Shown one piece after another: positions 9,515 through 17,789 of a stretch of DNA of 58,707 nucleotides. The notes beneath the pieces were generated by a model. The model did not search any database, was not told the origin of the DNA, and was given only the letters and a program-made list of their open reading frames with translations. Made by a program: the position numbers and the translations under genes. Source of the stretch: Steroidobacteraceae bacterium (GTDB lineage: Bacteria > Pseudomonadota > Gammaproteobacteria > Steroidobacterales > Steroidobacteraceae); assembly GCA_035937715.1 (NCBI GenBank), contig DASZHQ010000023.1:1-58707 (forward strand), written 5' to 3'. Position 1 is the stretch's first letter. Each line of letters starts with the position of its first letter.

Positions 9515-11524
9515 TCAGGAACTCATTCGGGCTCCTGGGTGCTCGCCCCGAGGTTGCTGGGCGTGCCGCATGAGTCCGTGTCGATGAATCTTGCGGTATA
9601 TGGTGCGGCGACTGATGTGCAGCCGTGCTGCAGCTGCGCTCACGTTCCATTGGCAGGACTCGAGCGTCCGCCGTAACGCCTCGCGTTCCGCATCGCTCAG
9701 TACGCTCTCGCCGTCGCCGTCGGGGAGCGGAGCCGCTTCGTCGGGCACGTCCTGCGCTGCACCGCCGCCGGCAAGCCACTCTTCGTTGAAGCCGGCCAGC
9801 GTCAGGCAATCTGACGTGCACAGCGCCAGCATGGTGCGCAAAACATTGCGCAGCTGGCGAACGTTGCCCGGCCAGGAATGGCGCACGAGCCGCTCGAGCA
9901 GCGCAGGCTCAATCTCGATCGGCGGCTCACCGGCCGCTTCGCTGCACAGTAACCTGCGAATCAGCTCCGCGCCGTCGGTGCGCTGCCGCAACGGCGGCAG
10001 CCGCACGGTGATGCCATTCAGCCGGTAGTAGAGATCCTCGCGGAACTGGCCTTTGGCGATCATATCGAGGGGGTGATGCTGCGTGGCGCTGATGACGCGC
10101 ACGTCGACGCTCACCACCTCGTTGCCCCCGAGCGGCATCACCTCGCAATCCTCGATCACATTGAGCAAGCGCGTCTGCAGCGCCACCGGCATGTCGCAGA
10201 TCTCATCAAGGAACAGCGTGCCGCCATTCGCCTGCAGGATCCTGCCCACGCCGCCTTCGCGCGTGGCACTGCTGAAAGCGCCCGGCTTGTGACCGAACAG
10301 CTCGCTTTCGATCAGAGTCTCCGGAATGGCGGCGCAGTTCACCGTGACGAAGGGTTTACCCGCGCGATTGCTGGCGTTATGGATGGCGCGCGCGCAATAA
10401 CCCTTACCGGTGCCCGTTTCGCCCAGCAACAGCACCGAGATATCGCGATCGATCACGCGCCGCAGAACCTCTACGTTGTCCCGCATCGTCGGATCCGCCG
10501 AATACAGGCACTCGAGCGAGCCGCGTGTCTCGGCGACCGACGCGCCGCCGGCGCCCTCGGCCGCGCCTACGGCGACCTGGGTGTGGTGGGGGGACTCCGC
10601 CGGCGCATGTACGGTCGCAAACCAGCGTCTCTGGGCGAACTTCGGGTTCAGCGCTTCGGCACGATAGCCGCGCTGTCCCGTCAGCCGCATTAGGGCCGCG
10701 AGGCTCGTATTGAGGACCTGATCCACCCGCCGCCCGTATACGGACTCGTGGTCGCGAAGGCCGAGCAGCTTCAGCGCTGCCCGGTTGGCGCCCTTGATGC
10801 GGCCCTGATCGTCGAAGGCAATAACCCCTTCACCGGGCGTGCTGACGAACTCCGCACAGCGGTGAAACCGCACCAGATGAAGCTCCTTGCAGGCGCTGAG
10901 CAGGGTGCGGTTTTCGACATTCTGGGCCGCCATATCGACCAGAGCCAGCGTGTGGCTCTGGGGGCTGGAGGAGGCTCCGGAGATGTCGAGCGCAGCCAGC
11001 AGCTCCCCGCGCATGTCAAAGATGGGAGCCGCGGAGCAGGTCAGCTGCGTGTTCTGCGCCAGGAAATGATCGGTGCGGTGAATCACGACGGGCCGACGGG
11101 CCGTCAGACAGGTCCCCATACCGTTCGTGCCCATCTCCCGCTCACTCCACATCACTCCCTCGCGAAAGCCGCTGCGCCGGGCGGTGGCCAGGAAGCCGCT
11201 ATCACCGAGGTAGCTCACGATAACCCCGTCGCGATCGGTCAGCATGATGCTGTACTCGGAGTGCCTGATGAGCTTTCCCAGGGCCTCCATCTCGATACGT
11301 GCGATGGCGAGCAGGACGCCAAGGCGCTCGCGACGGGCCTGCAGGTCCGCCCGCTCGACGCTGTTCGGGCGCCTGATCTCTTGCGGGTCGAGCGCGTAGT
11401 TATTGAGACAGCGGCTCCAGGAAGTCCGGACGACTTCCGGGATCGGGAACTCCGCACCATGCCTTCGTACCAGATTGCCGATGAGGTCCGCAGGATTGTG
11501 GGATGCGGGTCGCGCACGCATCAT
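9515..11524 (-). CDS. Sigma54-interaction-domain transcriptional activator (AcoR-like: N-terminal GAF-like sensory region, AAA+ domain, C-terminal Fis-type HTH)
   Basis: Walker A GETGTGKG, ESELFGH, the loop GAFSSA in place of GAFTGA (10265..10282), GTLFLDEI, and C-terminal HTH AAARLHISRRTIYRKI. Confidence 0.9.
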   Translation of the reverse strand: MMRARPASHNPADLIGNLVRRHGAEFPIPEVVRTSWSRCLNNYALDPQEIRRPNSVERADLQARRERLGVLLAIARIEMEALGKLIRHSEYSIMLTDRDGVIVSYLGDSGFLATARRSGFREGVMWSEREMGTNGMGTCLTARRPVVIHRTDHFLAQNTQLTCSAAPIFDMRGELLAALDISGASSSPQSHTLALVDMAAQNVENRTLLSACKELHLVRFHRCAEFVSTPGEGVIAFDDQGRIKGANRAALKLLGLRDHESVYGRRVDQVLNTSLAALMRLTGQRGYRAEALNPKFAQRRWFATVHAPAESPHHTQVAVGAAEGAGGASVAETRGSLECLYSADPTMRDNVEVLRRVIDRDISVLLLGETGTGKGYCARAIHNASNRAGKPFVTVNCAAIPETLIESELFGHKPGAFSSATREGGVGRILQANGGTLFLDEICDMPVALQTRLLNVIEDCEVMPLGGNEVVSVDVRVISATQHHPLDMIAKGQFREDLYYRLNGITVRLPPLRQRTDGAELIRRLLCSEAAGEPPIEIEPALLERLVRHSWPGNVRQLRNVLRTMLALCTSDCLTLAGFNEEWLAGGGAAQDVPDEAAPLPDGDGESVLSDAEREALRRTLESCQWNVSAAAARLHISRRTIYRKIHRHGLMRHAQQPRGEHPGARMSS

Positions 11525-11564
11525 AAACTAACGCCCCCCTCCAGCCGATCGTCACGGCGGCGGC

Positions 11565-12101
11565 TCATTTGCCTCCGCAGCCGAATTTGCACTCCGGCGC
11601 GCCGTGGTAATTGGCCCGTATAAACGTAAGGATGCGCCACAAATCATCATCCGTCTGCACGATTTGCCCCATGGGTGGCATGGCGCCTACGACGTTCTCC
11701 GCGGCCTTGCGGCTGTAGCCCTTGCTCTGCAGGGTCTCGCTGCCGTACGCCATCAGCCTGAACAACGTGTCGTCATCGCCGCCGTAAACCCAGACGTCGT
11801 TGGTCAGGGGCGGGCACATGCCCCCGCCGCCGGTGCCGCCGTGGCAGCCGCTGCACCCGTAGCGCATGTACACCTGGCGGCCCGCATCGACGACCCCCGC
11901 GTCGCTATCCTTATAAGGATTCTTGAGCGTGCCCTGCGGCGCGGAGTCTGCCCGCTGTACGGGCGCCATCGTGCTGCCGGATGGCGGTGAAGCTTGCGCT
12001 CCCGCCTGCGCCCCGGAAGGCGCAGCCGGTGTCTGTTCCTGCGCATATGTCAACGATGAGATCAGTCCGGCCATGCAAGCGACCAATGTAGCCTTAAGCA
12101 C
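11565..12101 (-). CDS. xoxG: c-type cytochrome, methanol-metabolism related (XoxG/cytochrome cL-like)
   Basis: One CSGCH haem motif plus a C-terminal Cys pair (CKFGCGG). Start taken at the GTG giving signal peptide MLKATLVACMAGLISSLTYA. This GTG overlaps the upstream stop (TAGTG). The maximal ORF begins at TTG 12143. Confidence 0.8.
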   Translation of the reverse strand: MLKATLVACMAGLISSLTYAQEQTPAAPSGAQAGAQASPPSGSTMAPVQRADSAPQGTLKNPYKDSDAGVVDAGRQVYMRYGCSGCHGGTGGGGMCPPLTNDVWVYGGDDDTLFRLMAYGSETLQSKGYSRKAAENVVGAMPPMGQIVQTDDDLWRILTFIRANYHGAPECKFGCGGK

Positions 12102-13765
12102 TACGCGCCTCGCTTGTCCATTTGCCCACCACGTCCGTTCCAAGCGCCGGGACGTGCGGGCGCTTCATCCAGCAGCCTGATCACCTTCTCATCACCCTTG
12201 GCGCGCGCGATCGACAGCGCCGTATCGCCGCGGTCGGTCTGCGCCTTCACGTTTGCGCCGGCGCGCACCAGCAGCTCGACCATATCGGCGCGGCCGTTCG
12301 CGGCCGCGACCATCAGCGCGGTCACGCCGCCGCTATTGCGGGAGTTCACATCAACGCCTTTTTGAATCAGAGCCTGTACCACCGCTTGCGCGCCGTTTGC
12401 AGTCGCGAGCATCAGCGGCGTATAGCCAGCGTCGCCCATCACCCGACCCGGATCAGCGCCCGCCTCGATCAGAGCCTCGGCAGCCCTGTCCTTGCCATAC
12501 TGCGCAGCGATGCCGAGCGGCGTGAAATTCTGGGCACTTGCGGCATTGGGATCACCGCCGTGTGCGGCCAGGACCTTGACATCGACGGCGTCATCGCAAT
12601 AGGCCGCCGTCATAAGTGGCGTCCAGCCGTCGCGATCGCGCTGGTTGGCGTCGGCACCATGCGCGATCAGGAACCCGACCATGGCCGGGGACCTCTGCAG
12701 CAGGGCATGATGCAGAGGCGTTTCACCCTGCAGGTCCTGGGCGGAAAGCGAGGCGTGCTTCTTCTCGAGCAGATAGGCCGCGCGCACCTGATCATCCGCC
12801 ATCACCGCGTTGTTGAGCTCCACGTTGACATTCGCGCCGTGGGCCAGCCAGTCGTTCAGCTGGGCAATGCTCACCGAGGGCCTGGCACCGCCCGGCGCAG
12901 GGGGCGCGGGCGGCGCATACGGTCCATGCGCCGGCAGGTCCCCGCTGATTACACAGGTGTCGCAGCTCACGAGCGGGACCCCGAAGTCACTCAGGATCGC
13001 GTGCAGCGCGTCGCGCTGCGCGCGCATCGCCTCGTCCAGGCGGCGCCGCAGGTCCTTGTCGCCACGACGCAGCCCGATAGCCATGTCATATTCCAGCTGC
13101 ACGGCATCGTCCATCAGATTGGCCGGCTGAATGGTCAGCGGCGCCTGTTTCATGACCCTGTAATAGCCCGCCAGCGGTCCCCAGACTGCAGCCACGTCGA
13201 GCTTGCCGTCGACCATCTGCTGCACCTGGTAGTTCGGCTGATGTGCCGTAACCAGATCGGCGTCGTGACTGAGGTAATGGATCTCGACGTTGCTGACGCC
13301 GTGATCGGCCAGAGCCTGGCGGATCGCCGAAGTCTCGTAGACGCCGACCTTGAGCCTTTTCAGTCGCGGATCATCGAGACTCTTGAGGGTGCCGAGGCCC
13401 CGGTCGCTGCGGTAAGCGAGCACGTAGGTCGTGCGGTACAGGGCCGTGGTGGTGATGACATCGTCTGAACCGAGTGGCATGTCGAGCATGACGTCGCACT
13501 GCTCGGCGTCCAGCGTCGTGCGAGTCAGCCCGCGCTCGATGCCCAGCCGGTAGTAGTACTCGACGGTGGTGTCGAGCGCGCGCGCGAGTACCGCTGCGAT
13601 CTTGTTCTCAAAACCCTCGCCGCGATTGTTGGAGAGGGGCATGTTGCCCGGATCGGCACACACGCGCAGTGCCGCCTGGGCTGCACCAGGCGCGATCAGC
13701 AGAGTGACCACCCCTGCGGCCAGCGCTGCATTGAGCACCGACCCGGCTCTCCTCCACCTCGTCAT
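12101..13765 (-). CDS. XoxJ/MoxJ-like periplasmic substrate-binding protein fused to a C-terminal ankyrin-repeat array
   Basis: Signal peptide ending APGAAQA. LRVCADPGNMPLSN...GFENKIA matches the quinoprotein-dehydrogenase-associated SBP family. After a Pro-rich linker ([12 protein letters not shown]) come about 6 ankyrin repeats (G.TPL..A...G....V..L...GA..N). Confidence 0.85.
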   Translation of the reverse strand: MTRWRRAGSVLNAALAAGVVTLLIAPGAAQAALRVCADPGNMPLSNNRGEGFENKIAAVLARALDTTVEYYYRLGIERGLTRTTLDAEQCDVMLDMPLGSDDVITTTALYRTTYVLAYRSDRGLGTLKSLDDPRLKRLKVGVYETSAIRQALADHGVSNVEIHYLSHDADLVTAHQPNYQVQQMVDGKLDVAAVWGPLAGYYRVMKQAPLTIQPANLMDDAVQLEYDMAIGLRRGDKDLRRRLDEAMRAQRDALHAILSDFGVPLVSCDTCVISGDLPAHGPYAPPAPPAPGGARPSVSIAQLNDWLAHGANVNVELNNAVMADDQVRAAYLLEKKHASLSAQDLQGETPLHHALLQRSPAMVGFLIAHGADANQRDRDGWTPLMTAAYCDDAVDVKVLAAHGGDPNAASAQNFTPLGIAAQYGKDRAAEALIEAGADPGRVMGDAGYTPLMLATANGAQAVVQALIQKGVDVNSRNSGGVTALMVAAANGRADMVELLVRAGANVKAQTDRGDTALSIARAKGDEKVIRLLDEAPARPGAWNGRGGQMDKRGA

Positions 13766-13807
13766 TCGCTGCGGCTCCTCGGCCTTGCGGTGCCTTCGCA
13801 GGGACGA

Positions 13808-13842
13808 GGGACGCGCCCGGCGCCAGCGCCGGAGCGCGTCCC
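13808..13842 (-). terminator. Strong intercistronic stem-loop between xoxF and the xoxJ-like gene (attenuator or mRNA stabiliser candidate)
   Basis: On the minus strand: GGGACGCGC-T-CCGGCGC-TGG-CGCCGG-GCGCGTCCC. This gives about 15-16 bp of pairing with one bulge and no clear U-tract. Confidence 0.45.
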
Positions 13843-13881
13843 ACCCGTCGCACTATCTGACAATAATTCCTTTGTCGCGTT

Positions 13882-15753
13882 TCATTCCTGTACTGCGAAG
13901 GTATACAGCGTCCCGCCCTGCGGAATCATGCTGAGATTCGCCGCTTTGGTCATGGCGGTGGCGCCGATCGCGCCGAACTTGTCGTTCAGATCAAGACCCG
14001 CAGTCACCGGCAGGCCGATCCAGCCGCCGATACCGCTCCACACGGACACGTACTGCTTGCCCTTGACGCGGTAGGTGATCGGGTTTCCGATGATTCCCGA
14101 TCCCAGCCGTCTCTGCCACAGCACCTTGCCCGAGGCGCGATCGACCGCGCGGAAGTCGCCGTTCAGGCTGCCGTAGAACGCCAGGCCGCCATCCGTGACC
14201 AGGGCACCGCCCCAGTTCGGATAAGGATCCGGAATTTCCCACACGGTCTCCCCGGTCAGAACGTTGAACTTCTTGAACTTGCCGGTGATGCCCGGTTTTT
14301 CCGGATACATGTAGACGTTGGCAAATACGTAGACGATACCCTGCTGGGTATGCGACCGCTCCTGGGGCTCATCTTCCATGCACCAGTTGTTGGTCGGGCA
14401 GTACGCCATGCCCGGCTCGCTCGGATCGATCGCGCAGGGCTGCTGATCCTTGCCGCCCATGGCCGACGGACAGGCCTGCGTATTGCCGTGCGCCTTCAGC
14501 GGCGAGTGCTCGAACACCTTGACGGGCCGGCCGGTCTTCATGTCGACCTTTTCCGCCCAGTTGGTGGTCACGTACTTGTGGGCGCGCAGCAGCGTGCCAT
14601 CCACGCGGTCCAGTACGTACGCAAAGCCGTTGCGGTCGAAGTGGATCAGCACTTTGCGAGGCTTGCCGTCGACGGTAAGGTCCTCGAGCATGTTCTCGTT
14701 GATGCCGTCATAGTCCCACTGGTCGAACGGCGTCATCTGATACGCCCATGCGACTTCGCCGGTTTCGACGTTGCGCGCGAAGATCGTCATCGACCACTTG
14801 TTGTCCCACTTGCCGTTGTTGCACGCCTCCTGCGTCACAGGGGTTGCTCCGCAGCGGTATTGCGGGCTCCACAGGCCGGGGTTGCCGCTCGCTGCGTAGA
14901 CCAGCTTCAGCTCAGGATCGTAGCTGTAGAAGCCCCACATCGCGCCGCCACCACGCTGCCACTCGTCGCCCGGATAGCTGGAAATGCCGACGTCGTGCCC
15001 GGCAGTACCGTACTCGGGATGCTTCTTATTGCTGTTCTTCGTCAGACACACGTCCTTGTCGCTGCCGGTGTTGTAGCACTCCCAGATCTTCTTGCCACTC
15101 TGCAGATCGTAGGCCGTGAACCGACCGCGCGCCGCGAACTCATCACCGCCGAAGCCGATCAGGACCTTGCCCTCGGCAATCAGGGGCGCAGGCGTAATGG
15201 TCTCGCCCTTGTCCGGATAAGCGTGCTTGACTACCCAGGCTTCCTTGCCCGTCACGGCGTCGAGGGCAATCACGAAGCCATCCAGCGTTCCGAACACCAG
15301 CTTGCCATTCGCAAACGACGGACCGCGGTTGACGGTGTCGCAGCACGCGCGCGGTACCGCGGATTCGTCGCGATTGGTCGTCTTCTTGTAGTTCCAGACC
15401 TCCTTCGGATGATCTGGATCGCTCAGATCGAGCGCCTGGATGATATTCGGCCAGCCGCTCTCCATGTACATCATCGGTTTGCCGTTGACGACGACGACCA
15501 GCGGTTGGCCTTCGTGGCCGCGCAACGTGCCGCTCGACTGCGACCACACCATGCCCAAATGACCAACATTCGAGGTGTTGATGTCTTTGAGCGCGCTGTG
15601 CCGCGTCAAGGCCTGATCGCCACCGGGAGCGGCCCAGAGATTAGAATCCTTTGAGCGGTCGGTGACCTCATCCCCAATTGCCGCTGCGCAGAACGCTCCA
15701 AGTGCCAGCGCGGCGCCTACGGCGCATAGGGTTCTATTGCGTTCGAATCGCAT
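13882..15753 (-). CDS. xoxF: PQQ-dependent methanol dehydrogenase, XoxF (lanthanide-dependent) type
   Basis: Signal peptide; GTLRGHEGQPLVV; vicinal Cys pair PRACCD; WDYDG, with DYD encoded at 14707..14715. ATG at 15751-15753 is preceded by AGGAGA. ORF-track start 15852 is rejected. Confidence 0.93.
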   Translation of the reverse strand: MRFERNRTLCAVGAALALGAFCAAAIGDEVTDRSKDSNLWAAPGGDQALTRHSALKDINTSNVGHLGMVWSQSSGTLRGHEGQPLVVVVNGKPMMYMESGWPNIIQALDLSDPDHPKEVWNYKKTTNRDESAVPRACCDTVNRGPSFANGKLVFGTLDGFVIALDAVTGKEAWVVKHAYPDKGETITPAPLIAEGKVLIGFGGDEFAARGRFTAYDLQSGKKIWECYNTGSDKDVCLTKNSNKKHPEYGTAGHDVGISSYPGDEWQRGGGAMWGFYSYDPELKLVYAASGNPGLWSPQYRCGATPVTQEACNNGKWDNKWSMTIFARNVETGEVAWAYQMTPFDQWDYDGINENMLEDLTVDGKPRKVLIHFDRNGFAYVLDRVDGTLLRAHKYVTTNWAEKVDMKTGRPVKVFEHSPLKAHGNTQACPSAMGGKDQQPCAIDPSEPGMAYCPTNNWCMEDEPQERSHTQQGIVYVFANVYMYPEKPGITGKFKKFNVLTGETVWEIPDPYPNWGGALVTDGGLAFYGSLNGDFRAVDRASGKVLWQRRLGSGIIGNPITYRVKGKQYVSVWSGIGGWIGLPVTAGLDLNDKFGAIGATAMTKAANLSMIPQGGTLYTFAVQE

Positions 15754-16176
15754 ACGCAGTTCTCCTAAGACTTCGAGACTTCGAGTTGTACGTTCGGTGC
15801 ATCGGTGAGTACTGCCGCGAGCGCGCGCTCGCGACAGGCTTGATCGGCCCAACCTCCGTTCCTCCCAAGCACACCCCGTGTTCCCTTTGTAGTTAATGCG
15901 GAATTTGGGCTGGATATCGTAGTCTTGTTCACATCTATCCGCAGCAGAACCTTCACCGCCGAGCCGGCGTCGAGTTCGCTACAAGGCCTGCGTCACAAAT
16001 GGCACAGTCGCGGACGCTCTTTCGTTCGCCGCCCGCGCCCGCCAGGCTCTATCGCCACGCTGACGGCGTCGCTGGCGCACAGCCGCGCGGCCCCCCCGGC
16101 ATTGGCGTGGCCTTCCTCTCGACGTAAGCAGCACGTCGACCTAAGCAACACGCGACACACAGGGCAACCGCTGGCA

Positions 16177-16204
16177 GCGTCGACGGCCGGATAGCCGTCG
16201 ACGC
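16177..16204 (-). terminator. GC-rich hairpin downstream of the porin gene (possible terminator)
   Basis: GCGTCGACGG / CCGTCGACGC arms (10-11 bp) around a short loop. A second, weaker hairpin (TCGACGT..ACGTCGA) lies about 16120-16140. No U-tract. Confidence 0.4.
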
Positions 16205-16245
16205 AATGACGTTGCTCAGCTTGGTCACCGTGCCCGCTGATCTCC

Positions 16246-17535
16246 TCAGAATCCGAGGTACGCGCCGACATTGACCGTCGTGGCGTCGTTGCTGCCGCCG
16301 AAGTGCGCTTCGCTCTTCGTCCGGCTGGCCTCGGCCAGCAACGTCAGGGCTTTGGTCAACGAGTAATACACCCCCACCGTCCCCTTGCGGTTGCTCGAGA
16401 CCAGACCGGGGTTGGCGAGCTGATCCGCCCCATTGGCGAAGTCGAGTTTGCTCTCGCCGTAGTTCACGCCCAGCTTGAGCGGCCCGAACTTGTACGTCGT
16501 TTGTAGGAGGTAGCCCTTCGAGGTGCGCGTCTCACCCAGGCCGAAAGCGCCCAGATTAAACAACGCCGTCGTCCCCAGGCCCTCGGCGTGATAGTAGTAC
16601 CCGAACACCTCCCAGTCCTGCACGTCGAGCTTGACGAAGATATCCTCGCCTCTGCCGGTGTAGCTGTAGGGAGCGGCCGGTACCCCGACCTGGTAATTCT
16701 GCTTCTGGGTAAGGAACGTCGCCGAGAGGTAGAGCTTGGTGGCTTCCGAGATCGGCATTGTGTAGCTCACCTTGGCGTGCACTCCGGGCGCCTTCTTCGG
16801 TTGGACGGCGCCGGGGTCCGAGAGCGAATTGATCGGATCGAAGATACCGGCCGTCACACTAAAGCCCGAAAGGTCCGGTGTGGTGTAGTCCATCTGCGCC
16901 AGCCAGTCCGTGTAGATATAACCGAGGCCGATCCCACCGAGTGTCGTGTTTGTGGGCGCGGGCGAAGCGGCCGAGCCGGGCCCGCCGACTCCGGGCAGCG
17001 TCATGTCATTGAGGATCACGTCGGCCGCGAACAGCCCGATATTCCGACCGAGGGTAAAGGTACCCATGGCCTTGTTGCCGAACGTCATGTAGACCTGGCG
17101 AATATCCAGACCCGTGGTCCCGAGCGCCGTGTTGGAGGAGCCGTTCCCCCTGTTTGCCTGCAGATTCGGGCTGCCGCCATCGTTGGTAGCGATGCCCGGA
17201 TAAAGGCCGAGGTGCGCTGCGAGATCGTAGCCCTCCTGCGTCGTCGCTACGCCAAACGAGAACGCTGCCGGCAACAGACCGTTACCGACGTTGGACACGT
17301 TGCTGCCGCTTGCCGAGCCCACACAGGTCAGGCCGCCGACGACGGCGACCGCACTGCTTGGGCTTTGGCAGCTGGAAAAGATGTAATCCACGTTCACGTT
17401 GCCATCGATGGAAAAGGTCCACGAGCCATCTGCGGTCTTCAGGTCCACCGCCGCCGCGGGCATTGCCAGTACGGCCAGCAGGACGCCGGCAATCGATGGC
17501 CGCAGGATCTGCTGAGTGATGTGAATGTGCTTCAT
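16246..17535 (-). CDS. Outer membrane porin (beta-barrel; family uncertain)
   Basis: MKHIHITQQILRPSIAGVLLAVLAMPAAA signal peptide, alternating beta-strand pattern, C-terminal ...VGAYLGF. ATG at 17533-17535 follows GGAGG. Confidence 0.8.
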   Translation of the reverse strand: MKHIHITQQILRPSIAGVLLAVLAMPAAAVDLKTADGSWTFSIDGNVNVDYIFSSCQSPSSAVAVVGGLTCVGSASGSNVSNVGNGLLPAAFSFGVATTQEGYDLAAHLGLYPGIATNDGGSPNLQANRGNGSSNTALGTTGLDIRQVYMTFGNKAMGTFTLGRNIGLFAADVILNDMTLPGVGGPGSAASPAPTNTTLGGIGLGYIYTDWLAQMDYTTPDLSGFSVTAGIFDPINSLSDPGAVQPKKAPGVHAKVSYTMPISEATKLYLSATFLTQKQNYQVGVPAAPYSYTGRGEDIFVKLDVQDWEVFGYYYHAEGLGTTALFNLGAFGLGETRTSKGYLLQTTYKFGPLKLGVNYGESKLDFANGADQLANPGLVSSNRKGTVGVYYSLTKALTLLAEASRTKSEAHFGGSNDATTVNVGAYLGF

Positions 17536-17789
17536 TGAGTTCCTCCCCACAGGTTGTCCTTTGTAATGCCGTTCGGGTGCTGCGCCAGCGCAGCCACGCA
17601 CGGTCCCCGGGGCATACGATAGGCCAACTTGCTGTTGTATAACAACAACAACTGTACGCTTTCCGCGCTGGGGCCTGTCGCCTCGGAAAGAAATTTCTCC
17701 GGAGGGAAAGGCCCTGCCAAAAAGGTTACAGTGTGACTCCAGGGTGTTGCGAAAATGCCTCACTACACCGCGTCAAGCGGCGAGCCTTA

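Noticed and set aside
15754-16245. Searched for sigma54 -24/-12 promoters (TGGCAC-N5-TTGCW) upstream of xoxF, the beta-propeller gene (7568..7720) and pqqA (32093..32232)
   Set aside because: I found only poor matches with wrong GG-to-GC spacing. Examples are GGCAGTACTCACCGATGCA with offset 16, TGGGCCGATCAAGCC with offset 10-11, and TGGTACTTGTAGACC lacking the GC. No promoter is called; a PWM scan is needed.
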